15,176 bases of DNA from an uncultured bacterium (GTDB lineage: Bacteria > Caldisericota > Caldisericia > B22-G15): assembly GCA_965612865.1 (NCBI GenBank), contig CBFDTJ010000035.1, positions 1 through 15,176 on the forward strand, read 5' to 3'. The position numbers and the translations under genes are program-made. Shown one piece after another: positions 1-7,441 of the stretch (position 1 is the first letter of the stretch; every line of letters starts with the position of its first letter). Below the pieces are notes generated by a model. The model did no database searches. It was not told the DNA's origin and saw only the letters and a list, made by a program, of their open reading frames with translations.

Positions 1-11
1 GACAGCTGATA

Positions 12-89
12 TGGTCGGGGCGAGAGGATTCGAACCTCCAACCTCATGGTCCCAAACCATGCGCGCTAACCAAGTTGCGCCACGCCCCG
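12..89 (-). tRNA. tRNA-Pro (anticodon TGG), CCA encoded
   Basis: Reverse complement is CGGGGCGTGGCGCAACTTGGTTAGCGCGCATGGTTTGGGACCATGAGGTTGGAGGTTCGAATCCTCTCGCCCCGACCA. It has acceptor stem CGGGGCG/CGCCCCG, anticodon arm CATGG-TTTGGGA-CCATG, T-loop GTTCGAATC and a 3' CCA. Confidence 0.98.
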
Positions 90-99
90 CTGCTTATAA

Positions 100-127
100 A
101 GTATAATTGATTTTTTTAAAAAATCAA
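100..127 (-). promoter_or_regulatory. Putative sigma70-type promoter of tRNA-Pro
   Basis: Minus-strand TTGATT (127-122), 16-nt spacer, TATACT (105-100), ending 10 nt upstream of the mature tRNA 5' end. Confidence 0.6.
107..127. repeat. 21-bp inverted repeat TTGATTTTTT-T-AAAAAATCAA
   Basis: Perfect 10-bp arms around one central base, covering the -35 and spacer of the putative tRNA promoter. Confidence 0.7.
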
Positions 128-320
128 CCCTATTTATACTCCCCTTAAATTCAGGTTAACAGAAACATATAAGAAGATGTTTTATTAAATTAATTTACTG
201 AGAACCATAATTTTTTCCATTCTCTTTAAAAAAACGGTTTCTTTTGACCTTTATCTTCTGCTTATTCTATAGAGTTTAAAGGATAAATTTCCTATACAAT
301 ATATGAGTCTTTATAAGGAC

Positions 321-345
321 TTTTGGGTAAAAGAATACCACAAAA
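321..345 (-). terminator. Weak hairpin just downstream of the 348-aa gene; possible terminator or processing site
   Basis: Plus strand TTTTG-GGTA-AAAGAA-TACC-A-CAAAA, 9 nt beyond the stop codon. The stem is AT-rich and there is no clear U-tract. Confidence 0.25.
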
Positions 346-354
346 TAAAAAACT

Positions 355-1401
355 TCACTCTCCAAACTGACTCTTAACCAATTCCAATTTGGCTATGTTT
401 TCTATGGCTTTGGATAAACTATCATGAGTCTCAACAACATCCTTTACTTCCCAATATGCCAATGCTTTTCTAAAATTTTCAGAAAGCACCCTCACCTCTT
501 TTTTAATTCTTTCAAGTTGTTTTGCATTAGAAACGGCAACTATCTTTTGAACTGTTGGATTGCTCAATGCTTTCTCAAGATTGAGAATGAGACTGTCAAT
601 TGATCCATGTTTATGAACTTCAAACACATATGTTACTACACCTAAATTTGCTATCCTTGCCCTCCAAACATCATCCACCCTTGCACCCTCTGCTATAAGT
701 TTCTCTGTTTCTGTCTCAAATCCAAGCCAATTTCCAATATCTTTTATAAAGTCTCTGATCTCATCGTGATCAAAATCCTCATCCCCTTCTTCTTTAAATT
801 TCTTTGTGCTTACAAAATAAAGGAAATTGTCAACCACAAGAAGATCTGGATTTGGAAAACCTAACTTCTTTAAGACATCAAGGACCTCTAAAAGAGCATC
901 ATTTACTTTCATATATTCTTTTCCTGTTATATAATACTTATTTAAAGGTAAATCTTTAAACTTTAACTCTTTAAGCCCCTTTCTTGCCTTATCATTCCAT
1001 ATACCGAATTTTCTGGGATTGTATTTACAGAGAATTTCTGTTAACGCAGCAGGTCCTATACCTTTAATCTCTTTTAAAAACTTATCAAATCTCTTTTCAA
1101 AATTATCCGAGCCATAAAGGAGATTTATTAATTGTTTCCTGATTTTATCCATACCATTTGATTGAATGATTTTATTCACAAGAAAATCTTTATTGCCCCA
1201 AAAGAGGGAAGACCAAAGATTTGAAATGAGTTTTCCAAACTCAATTTCTGTCATACCTTTCAATTTATCTTTATCAAGGAGCTCTGTTATGAAAGATACA
1301 TCTTTCCTTTTATTTTCAAGCTCATCCTTAAATTCCTTGGAAGATATGATTTTTTTATAATAATCTTTGATAATCTTCATCTGTTCTTTAGTAAGTTCCA
1401 T
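355..1401 (-). CDS. Two-domain protein: HhH glycosylase-like N-terminal domain plus C-terminal PD-(D/E)XK-like nuclease domain (putative restriction-type endonuclease)
   Basis: 348 aa, ATG preceded by RBS GGAGGT. HhH hairpin IKGIGPAALTEIL (aa 112-124), acidic linker EEGDEDFD, then HDE helix, RVDDVW and YVFEVH with the spacing of a restriction-endonuclease-fold active site. The CDS is secure; the function is inferred. Confidence 0.65.
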   Translation of the reverse strand: MELTKEQMKIIKDYYKKIISSKEFKDELENKRKDVSFITELLDKDKLKGMTEIEFGKLISNLWSSLFWGNKDFLVNKIIQSNGMDKIRKQLINLLYGSDNFEKRFDKFLKEIKGIGPAALTEILCKYNPRKFGIWNDKARKGLKELKFKDLPLNKYYITGKEYMKVNDALLEVLDVLKKLGFPNPDLLVVDNFLYFVSTKKFKEEGDEDFDHDEIRDFIKDIGNWLGFETETEKLIAEGARVDDVWRARIANLGVVTYVFEVHKHGSIDSLILNLEKALSNPTVQKIVAVSNAKQLERIKKEVRVLSENFRKALAYWEVKDVVETHDSLSKAIENIAKLELVKSQFGE

Positions 1402-1668
1402 TTTTACCTCCCTTTTCTTTTTTTACATTTATAATTTAATTTTGACTTTAAAGCTTCTTCCAACTTCCTTCACCTCTTTCTTGTCCGAGCTTCTGCTACC
1501 TTTATTAATTTTACACCCATTTCCTTCTTTTAACTTTATCCTTTTTTACGATGGAGGTAAACTTATTAAAAGAAAGTCCGTAGGGTAGGGAAGTCAAGAG
1601 ATAAATTTTATTTTATAAGATTCAAATTTATGAAATGATTCCGTACTGTAGGGATAAAAATTTTCAAC

Positions 1669-1698
1669 TTGACAGATTAAGTTAAGGGGTTATAAAAT
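1669..1698 (+). promoter_or_regulatory. Putative sigma70 promoter of the cstA-like/ktrB/ktrA operon
   Basis: Perfect TTGACA at 1669-1674, with TATAAA (1691-1696, 16-nt spacer) or TAAAAT (1693-1698, 18-nt spacer). Confidence 0.65.
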
Positions 1699-1745
1699 TT
1701 TAACATGGTAAGAAAAATGAAAAACCCTAAGAAAGGAGAAGGGAG

Positions 1746-3281
1746 ATGAAACTATACTATTTATCGCTTTTTTCATTAATCGTTGTTATAGCACTGTATT
1801 TTCTATCCAAAACCTTCTTTGAGAAGATGTTTAAGATAAAAAAGGAGGGAGGGTTCTCTCTTGTACCATTTGGAGAAAAAATTGGTGCTACGGGAGGACT
1901 GTATCTCTTTCTTGCCCCAATAATTGCTATGGAGTGGGGTTGGGTACCATTAATTCTATACATACTAATTGGAATGGTGCTCTTTGGCTATCCACTAAGC
2001 TTTATGTCAACTCTTCTTCCAAAGAGATTTAACATTACTACTCTCTTTAAAGAGAGGAAAAACTTTAAAGATGTGTTAACCATAGGTCTGTTTGTATTTT
2101 CACTTCTTCTTGTGGTTTCTTTTATTCAATACATATCTGATCTACTCGTAAAGAATCCCAATTTATCCACCACTTTCTTATTGTTTGTTGTCCTTTCATT
2201 TTTATTCTTCTTTGTGATAAAGGGAATGAAAAAGGATATCATTCCCATGACAGTTTTCTTCCTCGTGTTTGTCTTTTACATCATATGGATAGGTAAGATC
2301 TTTCCTCTTAAGTTACCTTTTGTGGTAATAACAGAGAAATTTACATGGGGAATAATAATAACTTTACTACTTATATTGTTTGCCTTTTTAAACGAAGATA
2401 CTCTTTCTCGCCCCTTTTCCTATCTTTCATCCTATCTATATTACTTTCTCATAATAGGAGGAGTGTTTGGTCCGTTTATTGGAGTTAGAATTCAAAGACA
2501 CGCTTTCTCATTCTCATCCCAGAATGGAGGAATACTTATACCCATGATCTTTGGTGTTCTTACATTTGGTATCTTCTCTGGTTTTGATTCCCTCTTTTCC
2601 ATACTTTTTACAGGTAAAGCAACAGTTGGAGAAAGGGATACATCTAAAGCAAGCTTACTTCCTATTAGCTTCTTATCACTCCTTGCCCTTGTCTCTTCAT
2701 TTCCTGCAATAATATACGCAAGAACAGATGCCTTTTTGAAAGGAAAGGATGCTCTTCAGATCTTTCAGGATGGAATGGCAAGGTTCATTCATTTTGCTGG
2801 ATTTTCAAAGGAGTTTGGAGAAACAATAGTCCTGTTTACCATGATAATAGCCATGTTTTCCTTCATGGTTTATGCAGTGAAACTCTCTGGAAGGTTCTAT
2901 GAAGAGACAAACGGAAGAAAAGGGAAATTCATTATGCTTTTACTTATCTTAATTCCATTTGTTACCTTCTTCTTACCGAAAGAAAGCTTTGGGGGAATTG
3001 AGAACATGTGGAACAAGTTTTTCCTTTTAAATACAACCTCCAATCTCATGTTAGGGGCAGTTATGCTTTCTCTGATACCCCTTTTATTTAAAGAGGACAT
3101 ATTCTTCATGATTGGAAAGGTGTTAAATGCCATTTCTCTCGCCGCTCTTATCTATCTATTTATAAGATATCTGGCAATAAATGACATGCTTTCTCTTACA
3201 ATTTCGGTTGTTTTCATTATGATAAACATATTCTCCCTCGTGTTTATAAGGAGAAAAATAGAGAAAAATGCAATTTCTTGA
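1746..3281 (+). CDS. Divergent carbon starvation protein A (CstA)-like polytopic membrane protein
   Basis: 511 aa, very hydrophobic, RBS AAAGGAG. Segments APIIAMEWGWVPLILYILIG, RPFSYLSSYL and PMIFGVLTFGIFSGFDSL occur in the same order as the CstA motifs GPxxAxxWGWLPxxLWI, QPRDYL and PxLFITIACGAISGFHxL. Confidence 0.7.
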   Translation: MKLYYLSLFSLIVVIALYFLSKTFFEKMFKIKKEGGFSLVPFGEKIGATGGLYLFLAPIIAMEWGWVPLILYILIGMVLFGYPLSFMSTLLPKRFNITTLFKERKNFKDVLTIGLFVFSLLLVVSFIQYISDLLVKNPNLSTTFLLFVVLSFLFFFVIKGMKKDIIPMTVFFLVFVFYIIWIGKIFPLKLPFVVITEKFTWGIIITLLLILFAFLNEDTLSRPFSYLSSYLYYFLIIGGVFGPFIGVRIQRHAFSFSSQNGGILIPMIFGVLTFGIFSGFDSLFSILFTGKATVGERDTSKASLLPISFLSLLALVSSFPAIIYARTDAFLKGKDALQIFQDGMARFIHFAGFSKEFGETIVLFTMIIAMFSFMVYAVKLSGRFYEETNGRKGKFIMLLLILIPFVTFFLPKESFGGIENMWNKFFLLNTTSNLMLGAVMLSLIPLLFKEDIFFMIGKVLNAISLAALIYLFIRYLAINDMLSLTISVVFIMINIFSLVFIRRKIEKNAIS

Positions 3282-4602
3282 GTCTCTTAAGAAAGAACCA
3301 GTAAAGTTTATTGTCTTTACCTTTCTTTTAACCATAGCTATTGGTGGCACTCTCCTTATCTTCCCCTTCTCATCTTCAGCTCACAAGTGGACAAATCCGC
3401 TGGATGCATATTTCACAGCAACATCAGCCACATGTGTTACAGGTCTTGTGGTGAAAGACACAGGGACTTATTATTCTATATTCGGGCAGATAGTCATACT
3501 TTTTCTTATCCAGATAGGTGGACTTGGCTATATGACCATGTTTACATTTCTTGCTCTTCTTCTTGGAAGAAGAATTCCACTTGTGGATAGGCTTGCCCTT
3601 AAAGAATCTCTGAACTATTTCTCTGTAAGCGGAATTATTAAACTTGCAAGAAGAATTTTCTTTACAGTGTTAATTTTTGAAACACTTGGAGCGGTTTCTC
3701 TCTTCACCGTCTTCTATCACAAGCATGGGATAATCAAGGGAATCTGGTTTGGAATATTTCATTCTGTATCAGCCTTTTGCAATGCTGGATTTGATTTAAT
3801 TGGAGGTTTTAGAAGTTTCACCCAGTTTACTGGAAACATCACATTAAATTTAACGGTTATGCTCTTAATCGTTTTTGGAGGAATAGGTTTTCCAGTTATA
3901 AGTGAAATTATTGATTATCCAAATAGAAAGAAGTTTTCACTTCACGCAAGGGTTGTATTTAAAACCACAATTTTCCTCATCGTTCTTGGAGCTCTTTTGT
4001 TTTTCTTCTTTGAGTCAAGCAACCCATTCACTCTTAAAGGTATACCCATGAAGGAAAAGGTTCTTTCCTCTCTGTTCCAATCTATTACTCCGAGGACTGC
4101 AGGTTTCTCTACAATAACTACGGGAAAACTGAAACTGCCAACCCTTATGTTTCTTGCCTTCTTTATGTTCATAGGAGCTTCACCAGGGGGTACTGGCGGA
4201 GGAATAAAAACAACCACAACGATAGTTTTATTTGAAACTCTCTTCCAGACTATTAAGGGAAGTAGTGAAACCATTATGGAGGAGAGAACAATTGAGAGAA
4301 GTTTTGTAAGAAGAGCATTTATAATATTCTTTGCTTCAAGTGTTCTTGTGGGTTTTTCAACACTTGTTCTTTCAATTACAGAGGTGTTTGACCTTTCAAA
4401 GATTCTATTTGAGGTATTCTCTGCCTTTGGAACCGTTGGGTTGTCCACTGGTATAACCCCCCTTCTCTCTCCCATTGGGAAACTCACTATAATGTTTACA
4501 ATGTTTACAGGAAGAGTAGGGATATTAACAATACTGACCATAATAACAACCAAGAAACTCAAGAGAATATCTTTACCCGAGGAAAAAATAATGGTAGGAT
4601 AA
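3268..4602 (+). CDS. ktrB: Ktr/Trk-family K+ uptake membrane subunit
   Basis: Four pore loops with filter glycines (SATCVTGL, SAFCNAGF, TPRTAGF, SAFGTVGLS), intramembrane loop GASPGGTGGGIKTTT and C-terminal GRVG. Overlaps the upstream gene by 14 bp. Confidence 0.95.
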   Translation: MQFLESLKKEPVKFIVFTFLLTIAIGGTLLIFPFSSSAHKWTNPLDAYFTATSATCVTGLVVKDTGTYYSIFGQIVILFLIQIGGLGYMTMFTFLALLLGRRIPLVDRLALKESLNYFSVSGIIKLARRIFFTVLIFETLGAVSLFTVFYHKHGIIKGIWFGIFHSVSAFCNAGFDLIGGFRSFTQFTGNITLNLTVMLLIVFGGIGFPVISEIIDYPNRKKFSLHARVVFKTTIFLIVLGALLFFFFESSNPFTLKGIPMKEKVLSSLFQSITPRTAGFSTITTGKLKLPTLMFLAFFMFIGASPGGTGGGIKTTTTIVLFETLFQTIKGSSETIMEERTIERSFVRRAFIIFFASSVLVGFSTLVLSITEVFDLSKILFEVFSAFGTVGLSTGITPLLSPIGKLTIMFTMFTGRVGILTILTIITTKKLKRISLPEEKIMVG

Positions 4603-4604
4603 GA

Positions 4605-5267
4605 ATGATGAAAAAAACATTTGGTGTTATAGGACTTGGAAGATTTGGCTTGTCTGTAGCCATTAATATTGAAAAAAGAGGTTTTCCTGTTCTTGGAATT
4701 GACAATAATAGAGAGATAATTGAAAGGGTAAAAGATAAACTAACTCATGTTGTTCAGGCAGATGCTTCAGATCCTCAAGCTCTTGAGGACGCAGGTATTA
4801 AAAACTGCGATACTGTAATTATTGCAATAGGAGACAATAAAGAACAGAGTATCCTTGCAACTATGCTGGTTAAGGATTTTGGAATTAAGTATGTAGTTTC
4901 CAAAGCAGTGGATGAGCTTCACGGAAGAATACTGGAGAAGATTGGAGCAGATCTCGTGGTGTTTCCAGAGAAGGAGAGAGGTGAGACTCTTGCAATACAG
5001 TTAACGTCTACCTCTTTAATTGACTATATAGAGATATCCCCTGAGTATGACCTTGAGGAAGCGATAATACCACAGAGATTTGTTGGAAAGACAATAAGAG
5101 ATTTAGATTTAGGTCGGAAATATAAAGTTATAATTCTTGCTATAAGAAGAAATGGTGACATTATAATTGCTCCATCCTCTGAGGAAAAATTCCAAGCAGG
5201 AGATATAATAGTTTTTGTTGGAAGAACAAAGGATATCTCAAAGTTCACTAAAGATTTTCTTGAGTAG
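4605..5267 (+). CDS. ktrA: Ktr/Trk K+ uptake regulatory RCK subunit
   Basis: Rossmann motif VIGLGRFG, KIGADLVVFPE and a C-terminal RCK_C domain, located 2 bp after ktrB. The start may be 4605 or 4608. Confidence 0.95.
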   Translation: MMKKTFGVIGLGRFGLSVAINIEKRGFPVLGIDNNREIIERVKDKLTHVVQADASDPQALEDAGIKNCDTVIIAIGDNKEQSILATMLVKDFGIKYVVSKAVDELHGRILEKIGADLVVFPEKERGETLAIQLTSTSLIDYIEISPEYDLEEAIIPQRFVGKTIRDLDLGRKYKVIILAIRRNGDIIIAPSSEEKFQAGDIIVFVGRTKDISKFTKDFLE

Positions 5268-5268
5268 A

Positions 5269-5550
5269 TTAACTCCTTCTCTTTGCTTTTGCTCCAAGTT
5301 TTTTGATTTCAACAAACTCTTTCTTTACAAATTTGTATATTCCTATTAGCGTATATATTGCAAAACCAGCAAAGGCAATTCCCACCCCTATTCTCGTTAT
5401 TCCTACCTTAAAGTTTGAACCTATATTGAGTCCTCCCCACACCACAAAGAGAACTGTTCCAACAACAGATATACCTACAGTGAAAAGTTGAGCCCTTAGC
5501 ATGTCTAACTTTGTTACTTCCTTTTTTTCTGGAACTTTAAAATCTCTCAT
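5269..5550 (-). CDS. Small hypothetical membrane protein (two predicted TM helices)
   Basis: 93 aa with strong RBS AAGGAGG, two hydrophobic Gly-rich segments and a basic C-terminal tail. Last gene of the minus-strand operon. Confidence 0.8.
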   Translation of the reverse strand: MRDFKVPEKKEVTKLDMLRAQLFTVGISVVGTVLFVVWGGLNIGSNFKVGITRIGVGIAFAGFAIYTLIGIYKFVKKEFVEIKKLGAKAKRRS

Positions 5551-5561
5551 TTTTCCTCCTT

Positions 5562-6353
5562 TTACATAAGTCCTTTATAGTATCCTCCATCAATTTGAAT
5601 GGTTGCCCCTGTTATATAACTTGCCCTCTCAGAGAGAAGAAATGTTACCACATCTGCAAATTCACTTGGATCACCAATTCTTCCCATGGGAATATCCTTT
5701 GTTATTGTTTTAAGAGCTTCATCAACAGATATATTCTCCCTTTTTGCTTTATCCTCCATGAGTTTCCTGACCCTATCTGTCATGGTGTATCCAGGAGCAA
5801 CACAGTTTGCAGTTATATTGTAGGGAGCAACCTCAGTTGATAAGCTCTTTATAAAAGACACCACTCCTGTTCTTGAAACATTCGAAAGTATTAGATTCTT
5901 CAGAGGTTGTTTTACAGTTATAGATGTGGAGGCAACTATTCTACCATACTTCTGTTCTTTCATATATGGGACAAAACTATAGGTAAGATAAATGGCACTC
6001 ATCAAATTTAGCTTGATGGCTTTTGAGTAGTCTTCCGGTCCAAAGTCAAAGAATCCACCTGGTGGTGGTCCTCCCGCATTTATAAAGAGCATGTGCACAG
6101 TTTTAAACTTATCTATAACAAAATCTTTAAATTTTTCTATATCCTCACGTTTTGTTACATCGCAGGTAAAAGAAAAGATTTTAACTTTAAATCTATCTTC
6201 TATTTCCTTTGCTGTCTTTGTAAGTTCTTTCTCTCCCCTTGCACATATGACTAAATTTGCTCCCTCTTTTGCAAGAGAAATTGCAACCTCTTTCCCAAGC
6301 CCTTTACTTGCAGCTGCCACAACCGCGACTTTTCCCTTTATTCCAAGATCCAT
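5562..6353 (-). CDS. Short-chain dehydrogenase/reductase, atypical BKR/FabG-like subgroup
   Basis: VAAASKGLG nucleotide-binding motif, NAGGPPPG, N-x-VAPGY and SYITGATIQIDGG. The canonical YxxxK is replaced by SNVSR. Confidence 0.9.
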   Translation of the reverse strand: MDLGIKGKVAVVAAASKGLGKEVAISLAKEGANLVICARGEKELTKTAKEIEDRFKVKIFSFTCDVTKREDIEKFKDFVIDKFKTVHMLFINAGGPPPGGFFDFGPEDYSKAIKLNLMSAIYLTYSFVPYMKEQKYGRIVASTSITVKQPLKNLILSNVSRTGVVSFIKSLSTEVAPYNITANCVAPGYTMTDRVRKLMEDKAKRENISVDEALKTITKDIPMGRIGDPSEFADVVTFLLSERASYITGATIQIDGGYYKGLM

Positions 6354-6355
6354 CT

Positions 6356-7441
6356 CTAACCTCCTATTTTGATTCTTTTCTTTAAGTATATCGCACCTTC
6401 AGGACATAGTTCATGACAGCAGTAGCACATGATACATTTATCTCTATCAAAGACAGGGTAAGGAGATAAAGTTATAGCTTTTGCAGGACATTTTGCAGCA
6501 CATACACCGCATTTTATACACATGGATTTGTTTACCTCAGGCACAGTTTGTACAACATTTAGGAAGGTTGAAAATACCATTCCACCAATGGTTGAAAATA
6601 CTGGAGATGCTTTAAAGGTTTTTGGCGGTTTACACTTCTTTTGTGGTATGGAGGAAAGACCAACAATTTCTCCCTCTGGAATCCCAACAGCTTTAAATAG
6701 GGGGATAGATTCTTCCTTAAATCCCATTATCTTAGTCATTACATAATCGGTAAGCAAAGGGTCGTCTGAAATTATCACGGAATCTAATTCAACAGGTGTT
6801 CCATAGGAAGGTCCATCTCCCTCCATTCCTATTATTCCATCCATAATAATCATCTGAGGAATAGGAACAGAGTAGGCTATATCGTAAACAGCCTTTGAAA
6901 ATTCAACACTTGATGTAATTCTATGAATTTTCAATCTATCCTTCCTTGGGGTTAAACCAAATAAATTTTTTGTAGCACCTGTTATAAAAGTTAATGAATG
7001 AGTCTTCATTTTAGGGAGATTAAAAAGTTTTTTTACTTCCCACAAAACTTTCGGCAGGTGAAGTTCATCAAGTTTTAAGAAATCTCTCTTTACGTCCTTG
7101 AAACCGAATACTGCAAGTTCACTTATTTCTAAATTCTCATCTTTTATGCCTTCCAGTCCAGATATTTTTGGATATTTTGAGAGAGGTATAACTCTCCCGG
7201 GAATATCACCTACAAGTACCCTCAATCTATTGGAAAGCAAAAACTTTACCACTGTTCTTATGAATACAGGGTGTGTTGTCACTGCCTTTTCTGGGGGATT
7301 AAAAGAGATAAAATTTGGCTTTACAAGAACTCTATCACCTGATTTTAATCCTGAAAGAATGAAATCCTTGTTTTCTTCAAGTATCTCACTTATCTTACTT
7401 TCTTCGTATGTTTCTACTTTTTTTACTATTGCTTTTGCCAT
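6356..7441 (-). CDS. DUF362-domain protein with C-terminal 2x[4Fe-4S] ferredoxin domain
   Basis: Motifs VLVKPNF, TTHP, LPKMKTH, GATKNLFG and DGIIGMEGDGP, plus CIKCGVCAAKCP and CIMCYCCHELCP. RBS GAGGAG. Confidence 0.88.
   Translation of the reverse strand: MAKAIVKKVETYEESKISEILEENKDFILSGLKSGDRVLVKPNFISFNPPEKAVTTHPVFIRTVVKFLLSNRLRVLVGDIPGRVIPLSKYPKISGLEGIKDENLEISELAVFGFKDVKRDFLKLDELHLPKVLWEVKKLFNLPKMKTHSLTFITGATKNLFGLTPRKDRLKIHRITSSVEFSKAVYDIAYSVPIPQMIIMDGIIGMEGDGPSYGTPVELDSVIISDDPLLTDYVMTKIMGFKEESIPLFKAVGIPEGEIVGLSSIPQKKCKPPKTFKASPVFSTIGGMVFSTFLNVVQTVPEVNKSMCIKCGVCAAKCPAKAITLSPYPVFDRDKCIMCYCCHELCPEGAIYLKKRIKIGG

Noticed and set aside
130..354. CRISPR array, att repeat or small RNA in the AT-rich spacer, including short palindromes at 163-182 and 306-321
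   Set aside because: No periodic repeats and no duplicated tRNA end. Short imperfect palindromes are expected by chance at this AT content.
1470..1472. In-frame TGA in the remnant frame as possible selenocysteine or readthrough
   Set aside because: No SECIS-like hairpin or selenoprotein context; decay or chance is simpler.
1367..1588. 73-aa plus-strand ORF across the intergenic region (also 1166..1360)
   Set aside because: Low-complexity Phe/Leu sequence from pyrimidine-rich DNA, no RBS, and it overlaps the 348-aa gene on the opposite strand.
1560..1745. c-di-AMP (ydaO) riboswitch, often found upstream of ktr operons
   Set aside because: No recognisable conserved ydaO segments, and the predicted promoter leaves only about 40 nt of leader.
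3942..4562. 206-aa antisense ORF inside ktrB
   Set aside because: It lies entirely opposite a well-supported gene and has no recognisable motifs; a shadow ORF.
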